Source: Lepidodermella squamata (taxonomy: Eukaryota; Animalia; Gastrotricha). Taken from it: a stretch of 64,000 nucleotides of DNA. The translations under genes and the position numbers were made by a program. The notes under the pieces were generated by a model, which saw nothing but the letters and a program-made list of their open reading frames with translations, was not told where the DNA came from and searched no databases. Below are positions 34,722 through 46,365 of the stretch, piece after piece. The DNA lies in the NCBI GenBank assembly GCA_047495785.1, contig JBLDXI010000042.1, positions 3,410,001 through 3,474,000 on the forward strand. Reading direction: 5' to 3'. The first letter of the stretch is position 1. Every line of letters begins with the position of its first letter.

Positions 34722-37700
34722 TTAGGCTGTCGCGACAGCAGACTCGGAGCCAACCAGGCTAAGACCCTTCAGGGCGGGTTCCAGATCATCGGCGGTCGAC
34801 TCCTTAGGACCAGAAATCGATTTGCGAGTTGAGTTTCGCTTCTCACGGCGCTTGGCCTTGCCATCGGGGGACGCCTTGGGCCTCATCCAATTCGGATTCT
34901 GCAACAAAAATTAGCCAAAAACTCGCTGAGAAAAATAAAACGAACCTCCTTAATAGTTTCGACAAACTTGGCTGCGTTGGAAACAATCTCATTCTCCGGC
35001 TCCTTGGCCTTCATGGACTCGGTCCATTTCTCGAGCTTCTTCAAGCAATCGCGATAGAGCGAAAAGTGACGGGTTGAGTTGCCCCAGAAATCAATCGCGA
35101 ACAGCTCGTCCAAGTTCTTCAGGAACAAGTGGAGCGAAAGCAGACGGGGGAGGGTGATCTCGGCTTGCTTGGGCAGCTTGACCAGTGAGCGCGAGAAGAA
35201 AGCGAGGTAACGGCGTTGAATCAGATCACGGCTGAACATTTCCTTGTAAAACCTGTAAAATCGTAAAAATATTCAGGACTTCGCATATAAATTCTAGACA
35301 CCCACCAGAATTTTTCGAAGAATTTCTGAACAGCTTCAATATCGTCGGGCAGGCGCTTCTTGGTATCAAACCAGGCACTGACGTAGCGGTAGGTCTTCAG
35401 CGGCTTGTTGTTGCCATTCGCCTTGAAAGCCGTCCGGCCCAGTTCGTCGAAGAGGCGGGCTAAACCGGTTGAAAGGGGCGATTTTTCAGACGCCTTATCC
35501 AAAATATCGTAGACAAAACCGCGAACAGTGGCGGCGTTGTGCGATTTGCACAGCTCTTTCATCTGTTCAATGACAGATTTCACGTTGTCTGGGTTTTCTT
35601 CGACGGTTGCGAAGAACGAGCGGATCGATTCGGACAGATCGGTGACTTGGCCATCGTCGACAATTTCAGGCGAGGATTTTCCGCTCGACTGGTCGGGGCT
35701 AGAGCGGCGGCTGCTGTGACCACTGTCGTTGCCCGTTTTCGGGGTGATGGCCCAAACGGGGTCCTAAAAAATTCAAATTTCAGGCTAAGGGGAAAATTGA
35801 ATGAAAAATTCGTTATTGGAAAAATAATCAAAAACCCAACCTTAAAATATTTCCAAATTCCCGTAGAAAATTTTTACGTTTCCTATTCTACTTGAATTTA
35901 GAATTTAGAATTTAGAACGGTCAACGAATTCTGTTTCGCCACCGCCATGAACTACATAACATATGCCATCGAATTCGTCAACGCTAGTTGCCGCACGAGA
36001 TCATATCTTCTACAAGCTCTTTCGCACCGGCTTTCAGCAACGAGATGATTTCATTTCGACTTCGCAAACTGTTGATACAGATTGTTCAAGTGCTGTGGAA
36101 GTGCAACGTCACTTTGAAAACTTGTCCGACGAAGTGGACATTCATTTTTATTCCTTCGAAAGATGCAATGCTGTTTGGAAAGTATTCGATCTCCAATGCA
36201 TTGAAAAAACTAGGTTGCGACCTATTACACAGTGTAATGCAGTTTCATTTACCAAAGCATTGAGGTGATTTCTGCTGAGGTGATATCATAGCTTATTATT
36301 ATTACATTATTTAACACTTTAACTGCCAAAAATAAACTGCGAGGTCCGATATTTGGGTCTAATTCCTGGGTCTGTCAAAAAGTCATTTTTTTCGATTCAA
36401 ACGATGCGTCGAGGGGCAAAATGCCTGACGGCAAAGTGTAGGCCATGACCTGGCGGTTCTTTTGACACCGAATTCGGGGCCACAAGGTCTGAGGAGGTCA
36501 TTGAAAATGACAGTGAAATAACGTCGAAAATTTTGGATTAGAGCCAAAAATCAGACCCAAGAATTGGACCTAATTATTAGACCCAGATTATGGCGCAACA
36601 ATCGAAATTTCACTGTTTTTCAAGTTTGATTTCTGTGCGTTCCTTTAAGTCTTTGGCCCCAAATTCGGTGTCAAAAGAACCGCCAGGTCATGGCCTACAC
36701 TTTGCCGTCAGGCATTTTGCCCCTCGACGCATCGTTGACCCGAAAAAAATGACTTTTTGACAGACCCAGGAATTAGACCCAAATATCGGACCTCGCAGTC
36801 TATTTTTGGCATTTAAAGTGTTAACTGATCTTTCTAACATTTTCATTAGTGGCCACTCTCAAGCAATCAACAACTTATGCCGAAAACGACTCGCTTGCAG
36901 CTTATGCCATGCTCTACAAACGTGAAGTGCGGGTAATCAAACACAACTGCGAAGTTGTCGTTCGTGACGACCGCCCTTAATGCCGGTATAGTACTACCGG
37001 AATATAAAGTCATTATACCAAATAATTTTTTATTCATTTAAATTAAAATTGAAAATTGAAAATTGAAAAAAAATGTCAATCAAATGAAACAAATTATTTT
37101 ATATAGCGACTTTATATTCCGGTATTACTAAACTACTTTTAATGCGCGGATTTCGTGGCGTTCATTGGCCACGTCGTTTTGGCGTCAAATAGGTGACTCC
37201 ACGATTCGCTGGTGGCAAAACGGTAAAATAACCGTAAAATCGTATTTTTAGGATTCATTTTGCTTTAATAGGAGGACATGTATGCGCCATTTGTCGCTAA
37301 ATACGGAAGCCTAGAGTCGGCTTGGCATGACAACACTGCTGCTCAATCGGTGGACTCGCTCATTGACGCACTTCCAATGGTCTGGGACGTCCTGTTGCCG
37401 CGTAATATTGTCGTTATGCCTCACGGCACAAAAGAAAACAATTTGTCGAATTAGTCGGTTTGGTTACAGACAGTAATAAGGCTGTTTCTGCGCCCAGTAA
37501 AGGGAAAGAGGATTATTTTCAACCTGAGGCTCAATCGCCGACCGGGTATTATCATTTTCTACCGATCGGCTCGCTTCCACATGGTCATAATGACTAAAAC
37601 TCAACAAGAAAAAGGGGCCCACCCTTAAAGGGGTAACCAGATTCAATTATGCATTCTAAGCACTGACTGGTAATCATGAACTTGGCCGCTCGTTGCCACT

Positions 37701-40700
37701 TGCATTTAACATATCGGAAGAAGACATTGAATCTTCAGCCGTCAGTTTTCTCAGAGCCTTCATGAGTCGCGCTGGCACGTATCAACCAAGATGCATAACG
37801 GTTGATAAGGATCAAAAAGAGAAAGAGATATGCAACCCGAGTACCTAGAAGAACTGTTGGCTGTTTTTCTCATTCATATACCTAGCGATGGCAAACTGCA
37901 AATTTTGCGACTTGCGAAAAAGATCTTCACAAAACGGATTGCTGCTTACATAAAAGACCGCGAGGGTATGACTGAGACGCCATTGCAAGACCGATTTAAG
38001 CCTACAACTACATCAAAATCGACCATCGGGGTTTTCCGGGATCTCTCCGGAAAATTAATTATTTCTTCGGTTAATCGCGGACACGCCCGGCTGTCCTGTC
38101 AACAGTGCCTCCACTACTTTGTTGGCCTGGACCTAAAATTCACTCTTCAAAACGATTAATTAACAGAGTTACCTATCAATTATGTTATTTTTATCTCTTA
38201 CAAACAATATCTCAAATTCGACTGACGCGTAAAAATTGCGAAATAGTCGAAAATTTACGTTTTTCCTTTCTTCATAGAACTATAAACATGAATAACGCAG
38301 CAGCTGTGAAACGCGCTTTGTTAATCGCTAACCGCCCTGCCGTTGTCGATACCGTCGAAGCCGGAACCGTAGAACCTAACCGCCCTGCCGTCGTAGGAAC
38401 CAAAGCTGATGAGTGGAGGACAATTGGTAGTCGCCGATGTTTTAAATCAGAAAAATCTCCCGCCGGCAGTCGTTCGGATCTTAGAAGGTGCACTAGCGCA
38501 TGTGCGTGTAAATTCTGGCGAAACTGTGAAAAGATGGCGAATTTCCAGCTTACATCTCACCTAATGTATTTAATTAGAGGTACCCGATGTGTACGATCAG
38601 AAACGTAAAATCCAATATACTTGGTCATGGTCTCTTTCATTGGGCGCATTAGCTCGAGGATAAGCTTCATTCAGTAACCGATCGAGAACGAAGTTTGGGA
38701 ACTGCTCAGTCATTTCAGCAGGAATATCAATGTTAGCAGGGTCTTCAAAGCGTAACTCATCATCAATAACACCGAAATCAGCTGGCATAGCAACTACCAA
38801 ATTCCTCTTCTCTCGAGGATTATAAAACTCTCCTGCCTGATACATTTCGACTCTCTTATTCAAAATTTGTAGTAATGTTGACACTTATTTCCGCGTCTTT
38901 TTGTCAACTATTTTACGACTTGGGCTAGATTTAGACCCTATTAGAATCATTTAGGGTCTAATAGACTCGAGCTAGAGTCGTTTTAACGGTAAATAATGGA
39001 AATTTCCCCTAATGCAACGAATACCAATTAAACTTGCGATGCTTTTCTCCTTATCTGGCCCAACTTCGGGCTTCGGGTGCGCATGGATGTTACTAGAGCG
39101 AAAACCTATGCTGCACATTCCAACAATTTACACTAAAAATCATTCTCAGCAACCCTTTTTCATGGCTACCTGTTCAACTGTTCTCCGTTATTCTCATTTC
39201 TACTACTATTTTCTCCCTAGTTCATATAAAAAAATTTGGAATTTCAAAATTAAATTTTACGTTTTAAAATAACTTTTAAATGTTTCAATTTAATTTTTAA
39301 TAGCTCGAATGGTTACAAACAGCACCGTCAAATATGAGATTTGAATTTATTTTGATAAAAATTCGTACTTGCGAAAAAGATCTTCACAAAACGGATTGCT
39401 ACTTACATAAAAGACCGCGAGGGTATGACTGAGACGCCATTACAAGACCGATTTAAGCCTTCAACTACATCAAAATCGACCATCGGGGTTTTCCGGGATC
39501 TCTCCGGAAAATTAATTATTTCTTCGGTTAAATCGCGGATAAAAGATGAAATATTCTCTCGGTAGGTTTAATATAAATTATTGGTTGAATTAGTTGAAAT
39601 TAGTAAAATTAGTTCAACTTTGTCAAAAAATTCGCCAAAAATTTTGAAACCTATGGGGCACGCTGTATCTCATCTGAGAAGAGCTTCGCTTAATTAATTT
39701 GTTTGTTATTCAGTAGGACAAAACAAGGTGAAGGGTTGACAACCCTGACCTAGATTCACTCTACAGTTAAGATTTCTGTCTTTAATTGGATGCTTTGTGA
39801 AATTTTGAAGCTATAAGTATAGAAAAATATGGAATTCGATCTCCACTAAAATTCTCATCTCCAAATAATGGTAAAAAATCTCAAACCATCTTATTACCTC
39901 TTTGTGGGCCTCGACGAAGCTCTCCATTTCACTCAGGGTCTCCGAGGATGATTCGGTGAGCGAGGCCTTGACCTCCTTAACCCATTCCTTGAGCTTCTTG
40001 AAGCAGCTCGCGAAAATCTTCGGCAGCTGATCAGCCTTATCAGCCTGCCAGAAGTCGGAATGACGCAGCGATTCGATGTTTTGCAGCAGGCTGTACAGGT
40101 AGACGCAACGCTCCGGGGTTGGGCGGCGAACGTGGCCGTGGCTCAGGATGTAACGGGCCAGCGTCTTGTAGCAGTGCATCATGATGACCTTGTGGCGCAG
40201 AAGTTCGTTGTAGAACCAGAATTTCGACGTGTACGCTTGAACGGCCTCGGTATCGTTGGGAATGCGCATTTTACGGACAAACCAGGTGGTGGCAAGGGCT
40301 TCGACCTTAATGCGCTTGTGATCGCCACTGTCAACCTCAGAGGTGAACTGAAAAAAAACAAAAATAAAACGAAAAATAAAAGGCATAATTTTTTTCTAAT
40401 TTCTAAATTTTTTCTAAATTTAAATTTAAATAAATCTCAAATTTCAAATCTTAAAAATTCGAAAATTAAAAAATAATACTAATAAAAAGCATAAAAAATT
40501 AAATACGAAGTGCCTATTTGTACATAATTATGTGGTATATTTCAACTATTTGTACATAATTTTCAAAAGTGAACTTTGTTATTTCACGAATTTTTTGGGT
40601 TTTCTTGGTTAGGGTTAGGGTTAGGGTTAGGGTTAGGTTCAGGGTTAGGGTTTGGGGTTGGGGTTGGGGTTAGTTTTGAAAAAAGTTATGTACAAATAGG

Positions 40701-43700
40701 GAAAAATATGTACACATAATTATGTACAAATAGTTAAAATATACCACATAATTATGTACAAACAGGGGCACCCAATTAAATAATTAGACCCGATATTTTA
40801 GAAAAAAAAGAGTTAAGAATAAAACAGAATAAAACACGAAAGAATAAAACACATTATTTTACAAAATATTTGAACAATTTAAATTTCATTTACCTTTGGC
40901 ATAGCCTCAAGGAGCTGGGTCATGCCAGGCGAAGCTGGGCATTTCGCTTGCGAAGCTCCATCGAGCAAGCAATAGAAGAAAGCGCGAATCGAAGAGTTGT
41001 CGCTCGATTCGATAAATTCGTTGATTTCCTTGATAACAGCTTCGACATTTTGAGCATCCTCATCGACACGGCTGACGATAGAATTGACCTTCTCAGTGTA
41101 GTCTGGCTTATCAGCCCTCGAAGCCGAATCGCCACGCTCGGCATTCGGATCATGTTCAAACGTCTGAAAAAACCCCCAAAAAATAACCCAAAAGATCGGA
41201 AAAAAATCAAAAAAACCTTCTTGCTGGTTTCAAGGAAATGTTCGCAATAAGCGACGACTGACTCGGGCAGCTTGTCCTGCTCCTCGGACTTGGCCTTTTC
41301 CAACCAAGCAGTCAGACGGTTGTAGACCTTGTGGTAGACAACTGGCACAGCGGTACCCATTTGTTCCTTCCAGAAGCCAGCGGTCTGGAGTTCTTGGATG
41401 TTTTGCAGGAACAGGTACAGGAAAACAATGTTGGCAGTGGTTGGGTTCAACTTAGCGCCGAGGAGGTAGTGAGCCAAGTCTTTGTAGCTCTGTTGCTTGA
41501 TGACACGGTGGCGGAGAAGGATATTGTAAAACCTAACGAATAAATAGCGAAAATCAACGATAATTCTTTCAAATGGTTAATAACTAACCAGAATTTGTCG
41601 AAGTATTTTTCGACGAGTTCGAAAGTTTTCGGGATTTGGAACTTGTGATGGAACCAGCCCTTGACAACATGCTCCATTTCCAGCGAATACTTGTCGGATC
41701 TCTTCTTGAAATTGAGCTAAAAAATTCGAGTAAAATAATTGAATATATCAAATTAAATTGAAAATAAATCGCCGCTGGGCTAATGAAACCCGCTAAGTAT
41801 ATAGGATTTTTCCTGTAGACTTAGCGGGTTTCATTAGCCCAATGACGAAATTGAGAATCATAGGTCTAGATGGTCTCTGTTGTCGAAATTGTCGACCATT
41901 TTATCAAAGAATTGCAATTACAGCTTTGAAACAGGATTATTTCCTCGCCATTTCTTGAATGCTTCCTCAATGCATCCGAATTCGCTAGATAGCAAGTTCC
42001 ATATAAACGTTGAAGTCCTAATAAGAGACGATGCTAAACCGTTCATTCTAGAACCTTTAAAGACCGCTACAGCTTTGACCGCCAACACAAAGCAAATTCA
42101 TCGTCGCCACTCGTGAAAATGAGAACGATTTTCATGGCCAATCTTGACGATGAAGACGTCCGGTATGAAGTGGAGAATGATGACACGCCACTTCACGTCG
42201 ACAGGCACGGCCTCGCGGCTCATAATGATCAAGGAAACTGCTCACGCGTGCACTACTTTGCCATCGCGCGCAACGTGTTATCTCCCCAATAGAGCCGTTG
42301 ATGTGCGCCTCAGTAGCAGTTCGAATTTTTCGTAGTCAGTGCTGTTTTCCACACTTTATCTTCAACTACATGAACAATTTCCTCTACCAAACTGGATGTT
42401 TTTGGAAAATTTAAATTACTGAGAAGAAGCTGAGATTGAAATAGAACCCTAATAAACTGTCGACATCAAATGGGACAACATGCCCCTTTGAATTGGTTCC
42501 CGGTATTTAACATCGAGCGTACCATTGGGATCGGCACATCGACATCCCAATGAAGTAGACTCAGGTTCGCGACGCTGGGGAACGAGGCCTCCCGGCAAGG
42601 GTGCCGCAAGGGCCGTCGCAGCAATCAGCTATCAACGTCCGACCTCGGCGTTCGAATCCGCGACATTGAAGACGACAAAGAAAACAACGGCGGCAACGGA
42701 GGCGGCGACTCCGACGTCATAAGTTTCATATTTTTGTGTGTTTATTTGCGTTCAAAGCAAAATTCGGGGTTCAAAATTTCTTCACCTGAAAAGCGGCTTA
42801 TGGTTCGTCTCTACAAGATTGGTGGTGATCTAGTTGAAGTTGTCAACTAATTTCGGAGCAGGACAAATAGCCTCTTCTAGGCTCTAGTTATACGACTCGA
42901 ATGGCTTCAGCTAGATGTAGACCCTATTAGAATCATTTAGGGTCTAATAGCTAAAGTCGTCCTAACGGTAATTAATGAAGTTAGAAACTAGCGCGACTAA
43001 TTTCTCAACGAATCCCAATTAAACCTGCGATGCTTTTCTACAATTATTTGAACCAACTCCAGGCTTCGGGTGCACTCGGATGTTCATAGCAAAAGCGAAT
43101 GCCATTCATTCCAAAAATTTTCAAAATCAACTATCATTCTAACCGACCCCTTTTCAAGGCCAAATTAACCTGTTCAACTGCTCCATTGTTCGTAACAAAG
43201 ATATTTTTGAAATTGAATATTTAGGTTGAATTTCGTTAAATAGCTTGAATGATTGCAAGAAGCACCGTCCAATTTGATATTTGAATTGATTTTCATAAAA
43301 ATTCTTACCTTATGCATGCCATCCATGAATTTGATGACACCGGACGCCAATGGTGACTTCAAGTCTGACATTTTGTCCAGCAAAACGCGCAAGAACTCGC
43401 GGAAATACTCGTTCCTCGGCGAAGCGTCCTTCTCGTACCAGTCCCTGATTTCGCGAACAACAACCGGCACATTGTCAGCGTCAACCTGCAGACGAGCGAG
43501 CATGCTGTTAGCAGTAGCCGCGAAATCCCAACGTTTCGGTTTCGCCGGGGCTTGCTTTTCCTGCTGTTGGCGATGAGACGGTTCGGCGCTGCCACGCGGC
43601 ATCGGCAAATCGCGCTGAACCTCGCAATTCGCGCTGTGGGTGTGGCGTTTGTTGGTCACGCGAAGGGTGACGTATTCGAAGATTTCCTTGTTGCCAGGCT

Positions 43701-44943
43701 TATCGATCAAGTTGTGCTTGAGGACAGTTCCGGCCAGGTAGCACGAATAGGCGTCCCATTTGCGGACCTCTTCAGCTTTGAGCATGATACCTTCGATCTT
43801 CTGCTTTTGTTGCTGGTCGACATTTCGGAGGAGTTCGTAGATGAAGGGGATGCAGAACTCGCGGCCGCGGGTCAGGAATTCGTCAGCGCATTGCAAGAAA
43901 ACGCGGGGTAGAACCAGCTTTTTCTTAATCAATTCATTGATGAAGCTAAAAATTAGAAATTAGAAATGTAAAAAAAATCTTTAGGGATTATTAAAAATAA
44001 TAAAAAATTAGCGAATGAAGCAGGCCGAAGATCTCAAGAATTCTACAAAGCGCAATGCCATAATCCTGAAAATCCTCCAACTCAGCTAAGATTTGAGTTC
44101 ATTAGAGATTTTAAAAGTAAATTAAAAGAGAAAAATTGGCCTGAAACTTTCAGGCATTTGTTCTACATTCGTGTTATCTCGTGATAAAAAATGATGGTTT
44201 TAGAGCAGCACGGCTTCAAAACCAATTAAAAATGCTCCAAAAGAGCAAATTAAAAAACATGGGTTGCAAAAAAATCAGATTCTTGCGCAACACAAGCGTT
44301 AGCGTGCACTACAAACATTTTTTTTATTCCACCGGGGACCCTGTTTCGTTCATGACTTCGCCCATCGCTTCATCAATTTTCGAACTATATAAAATATTTA
44401 ATCAATTTGTGTCATGAAATCGCAAAAAATTACGATTTTGTACACAAGAATTGAGAAAGTTGAAGATTAAAATGGTTGCGTACGCAATATATATTAAGGT
44501 ACCCGAGTCCAAATCATACGTGATTTTGATAACGGAGATGTTAAGAGAGCTTACCGTAATTTAGGCTGGAATGAAGGTGAGCATTTTTCCTTGCGCGGCG
44601 GCATCGCGCGAACAACAGCAGAGCGCAGCGAGCTTTCGAAATTCGCGTTCTCGCCATTCGGCAGCGGGACCGAAACTTCGCGCAGTTCACGGCAGATTTC
44701 AGCGATAACTGGCTGCAGCTTTTCGTCCGAATCAGCGCCAGCTTCAATCAAGTCAGCAATCGTCAAAATGAAGTTGTTGCGAGTAGTCGCGGCTAGGAGA
44801 GCTGGTTTCACGGTCTCGACGGCCGCGGCGATTTGCTCAGGGGTCGATTCTGGCGTTAGATTCTCCAGAAACGCACGCGACAAGGTGGTTCGAGCGGGTA
44901 CAGCGGGCATTCTTCGATCGGCAGATTTTTCAGACTTTTGCAT
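34722..44943 (-). CDS. G7: protein with four MIF4G-like repeats (an N-terminal repeat plus three 'KFWFY' repeats)
   Basis: Exons ~44943-44556, 43945-43309, 41716-41590, 41532-41218, 41163-40894, 40347-39898, 35763-35303, 35252-34946 and 34898-34722 splice in frame. Exon 1 FLENLTPE...VIAEICRELREVSVPLPNGENANFESSL resembles eIF4G ILNKLTPQ...[30 protein letters not shown]. The motif WF..K...P...E.V......KFWFY occurs three times. Confidence 0.85.
36311..36824. mobile_element. piggyBac-type foldback MITE
   Basis: TTAA is present at both ends (36311-36314 and 36821-36824). The terminal inverted repeats are ~170 bp and near-perfect (cactttaactgccaaaaata... / ...tatttttggcatttaaagtg). Confidence 0.88.
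36989..37130. mobile_element. Small MITE
   Basis: Inverted ends tagtactaccggaatataaagtc / gactttatattccggtattacta surround an AT-rich core. Confidence 0.7.
37640..37835 (+). mobile_element. Mutator-like (MULE) transposase remnant
   Basis: NHELGRSLPLAFNISEEDIESSAVSFLRAFMSRAGTYQPRCITVDKDQKE fits the MULE pattern GxxxPxAF...P..i.tDkD. Confidence 0.6.
37911..39539 (+). repeat. ~170-bp near-identical direct repeats (37911-38081 and 39368-39539)
   Basis: cttgcgaaaaagatcttcacaaaacggattgct...tcttcggttaatcgcgga is present twice with only a few substitutions. Confidence 0.85.
40510..40771. mobile_element. MITE with an internal (TTAGGG)n tract
   Basis: The ~50-bp inverted ends are gtgcctatttgtacataattatgtggtatat / atataccacataattatgtacaaacaggggcac. 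TTAGGG/TTGGGG repeats lie at ~40609-40673. Confidence 0.75.
41776..41841. repeat. Near-perfect ~66-nt hairpin in a G7 intron
   Basis: The sequence is tgggctaatgaaacccgctaagt-atatagga-tttt-tcctgtag-acttagcgggtttcattagccca. Confidence 0.8.
42910..43305 (+). repeat. ~400-bp diverged repeat, second copy at ~38925-39370
   Basis: Shared blocks are tagaccctattagaatcatttagggtctaatag, ccaattaaac.tgcgatgcttttct, ggcttcgggtgc, cctgttcaactg and agcaccgtc.aat.tga.atttgaatt. Confidence 0.75.
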
Positions 44944-45119
44944 ACAAAATAGCTAGAAAATTCAGATTAAATCATCGATAAAGTTTCTTTCAATTAGAAA
45001 ATTTGACAAAATTTGGAAGCACAACAACGAGATTATATAAGTAGATATGTATGAAGTTAGATCAGTCATTTGAGTAGAATATGTCGTGTTAAGATCTCTC
45101 AACAAAGCGGAGTGGGGAG

Positions 45120-46220
45120 CTAATTATTTGATGCCGATAGTTGTTTTCGCAGCTTTGGTAGACCAATGTCGATTTTCGGAGATTCATCCAAAAAATTCTC
45201 CTCATCGAACGGAAAAAACTGAGTCTCCGGCATATCCATCCCATTTTCGGTCGGTGAATCAGATAGGATTTCAATCACCTCTTCGTTCTTGGAAGATTTT
45301 TCAACAGAAACTGAAAAAATTATTTGAAAATAAAAAATAAAAATGCCACCTTAAAAATCTTACAGAACTCGAGAATACTTGGTTGACGTAGAACCCGCCT
45401 AGGTCTGCGACTCCAGCCGCCTTTTTCAGCTAATTTCTCAAAAAATCCAAGTATCTCCTTCGCACGCTTCACGCCCCGGCGTTTCACTACTTCCGGGTCC
45501 GTGCATTTTGACCGCAAATCAACGACACGGCGTTGCCAGAACGCAGCATCTTCCGCTCTGAGAACAATGCCTCGTCGATCCATCAACTTGTCAACAGTTG
45601 CCATAACGCGATAGATGAACTGGATAGTGTGCAGTTCGATCGAATCAGAAATTTGAAGATTTATCATTAGACGGAAAAATCGAAGTCCAATGACACCAAA
45701 ATTGCACAGCTCTTCAAGAAATCTGAAAAAATGAAAAAAAATAATTCCAGTAAACTGCGATTCAATTTTAACTCACTTCAAATGAGTTTTGCAAATCTGT
45801 TCCACCTGTCTCATGTTGGAAAAGACCAGATGAGACCTAGCCCATTGTTTGGCTGCCAACGTAAGTTCATTAGCCCCAACATCTGCTGTTCGGAACTGTA
45901 AAAAATGAGGTTATGAAAAATAAAATTAATACAAAAAATCTCACCTTGTCGATGAAACTTCGTAAAAATGACCCAGGCCGATTTTTGAGCAAACTGAGCG
46001 TTGTGAAAACAACCGCAATAGAGCGATTAAGTTGATCTTTGGGGCCACTGAGAATCAAACGAGCGACACGAACAGCTAATTTGTTTTGAACAGCAGGTTT
46101 CGGATTTTTCAGAGACTTGAGCTCAGCCATGAGGGCTCTCAAGGTCGGCAATTTTCCGGAAGGAACCATCTGGTGGGAGTATTCAACTTTCACCTCGTTC
46201 TCTGCAATGAACTCGCTCAT
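45120..46220 (-). CDS. G8: short protein with a single MIF4G-like repeat and an acidic SIM-like tail
   Basis: Exons ~46220-45945, 45898-45777, 45722-45365 and 45310-45120. The protein contains KTHLK/FLEELCNFGVIG and ends ...EEVIEILSDSPTENGMDMPETQFFPFDEENFLDESPKIDIGLPKLRKQLSASNN*. Confidence 0.7.
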
Positions 46221-46365
46221 TTTAGTCTGCAAGCCCCTTCGATGTACCTTTTTCCATAAAAAAATAACTTCCTAGCAAAATAAATCGCTGTATTCAAATC
46301 ATAAATGCAAATTGTTGGAAAAAGCAGATATATAAGAAAATTAAAATATAATCACAGAGCTTGTT

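Noticed and set aside
38480-38884. Helitron Rep (LHAHALVH read as an HUH motif)
   Set aside because: The flanking EFQxRG motif and any helicase sequence are missing. A single short motif is insufficient.
40609-40673. Telomere or chromosome-fusion scar
   Set aside because: The tract is short, degenerate, in one orientation only, and enclosed by MITE inverted repeats.
43253-44956. Plus-strand ORFs overlapping G7 exons (and similar ones opposite other exons)
   Set aside because: They are antisense shadows of the codon-biased minus-strand exons.
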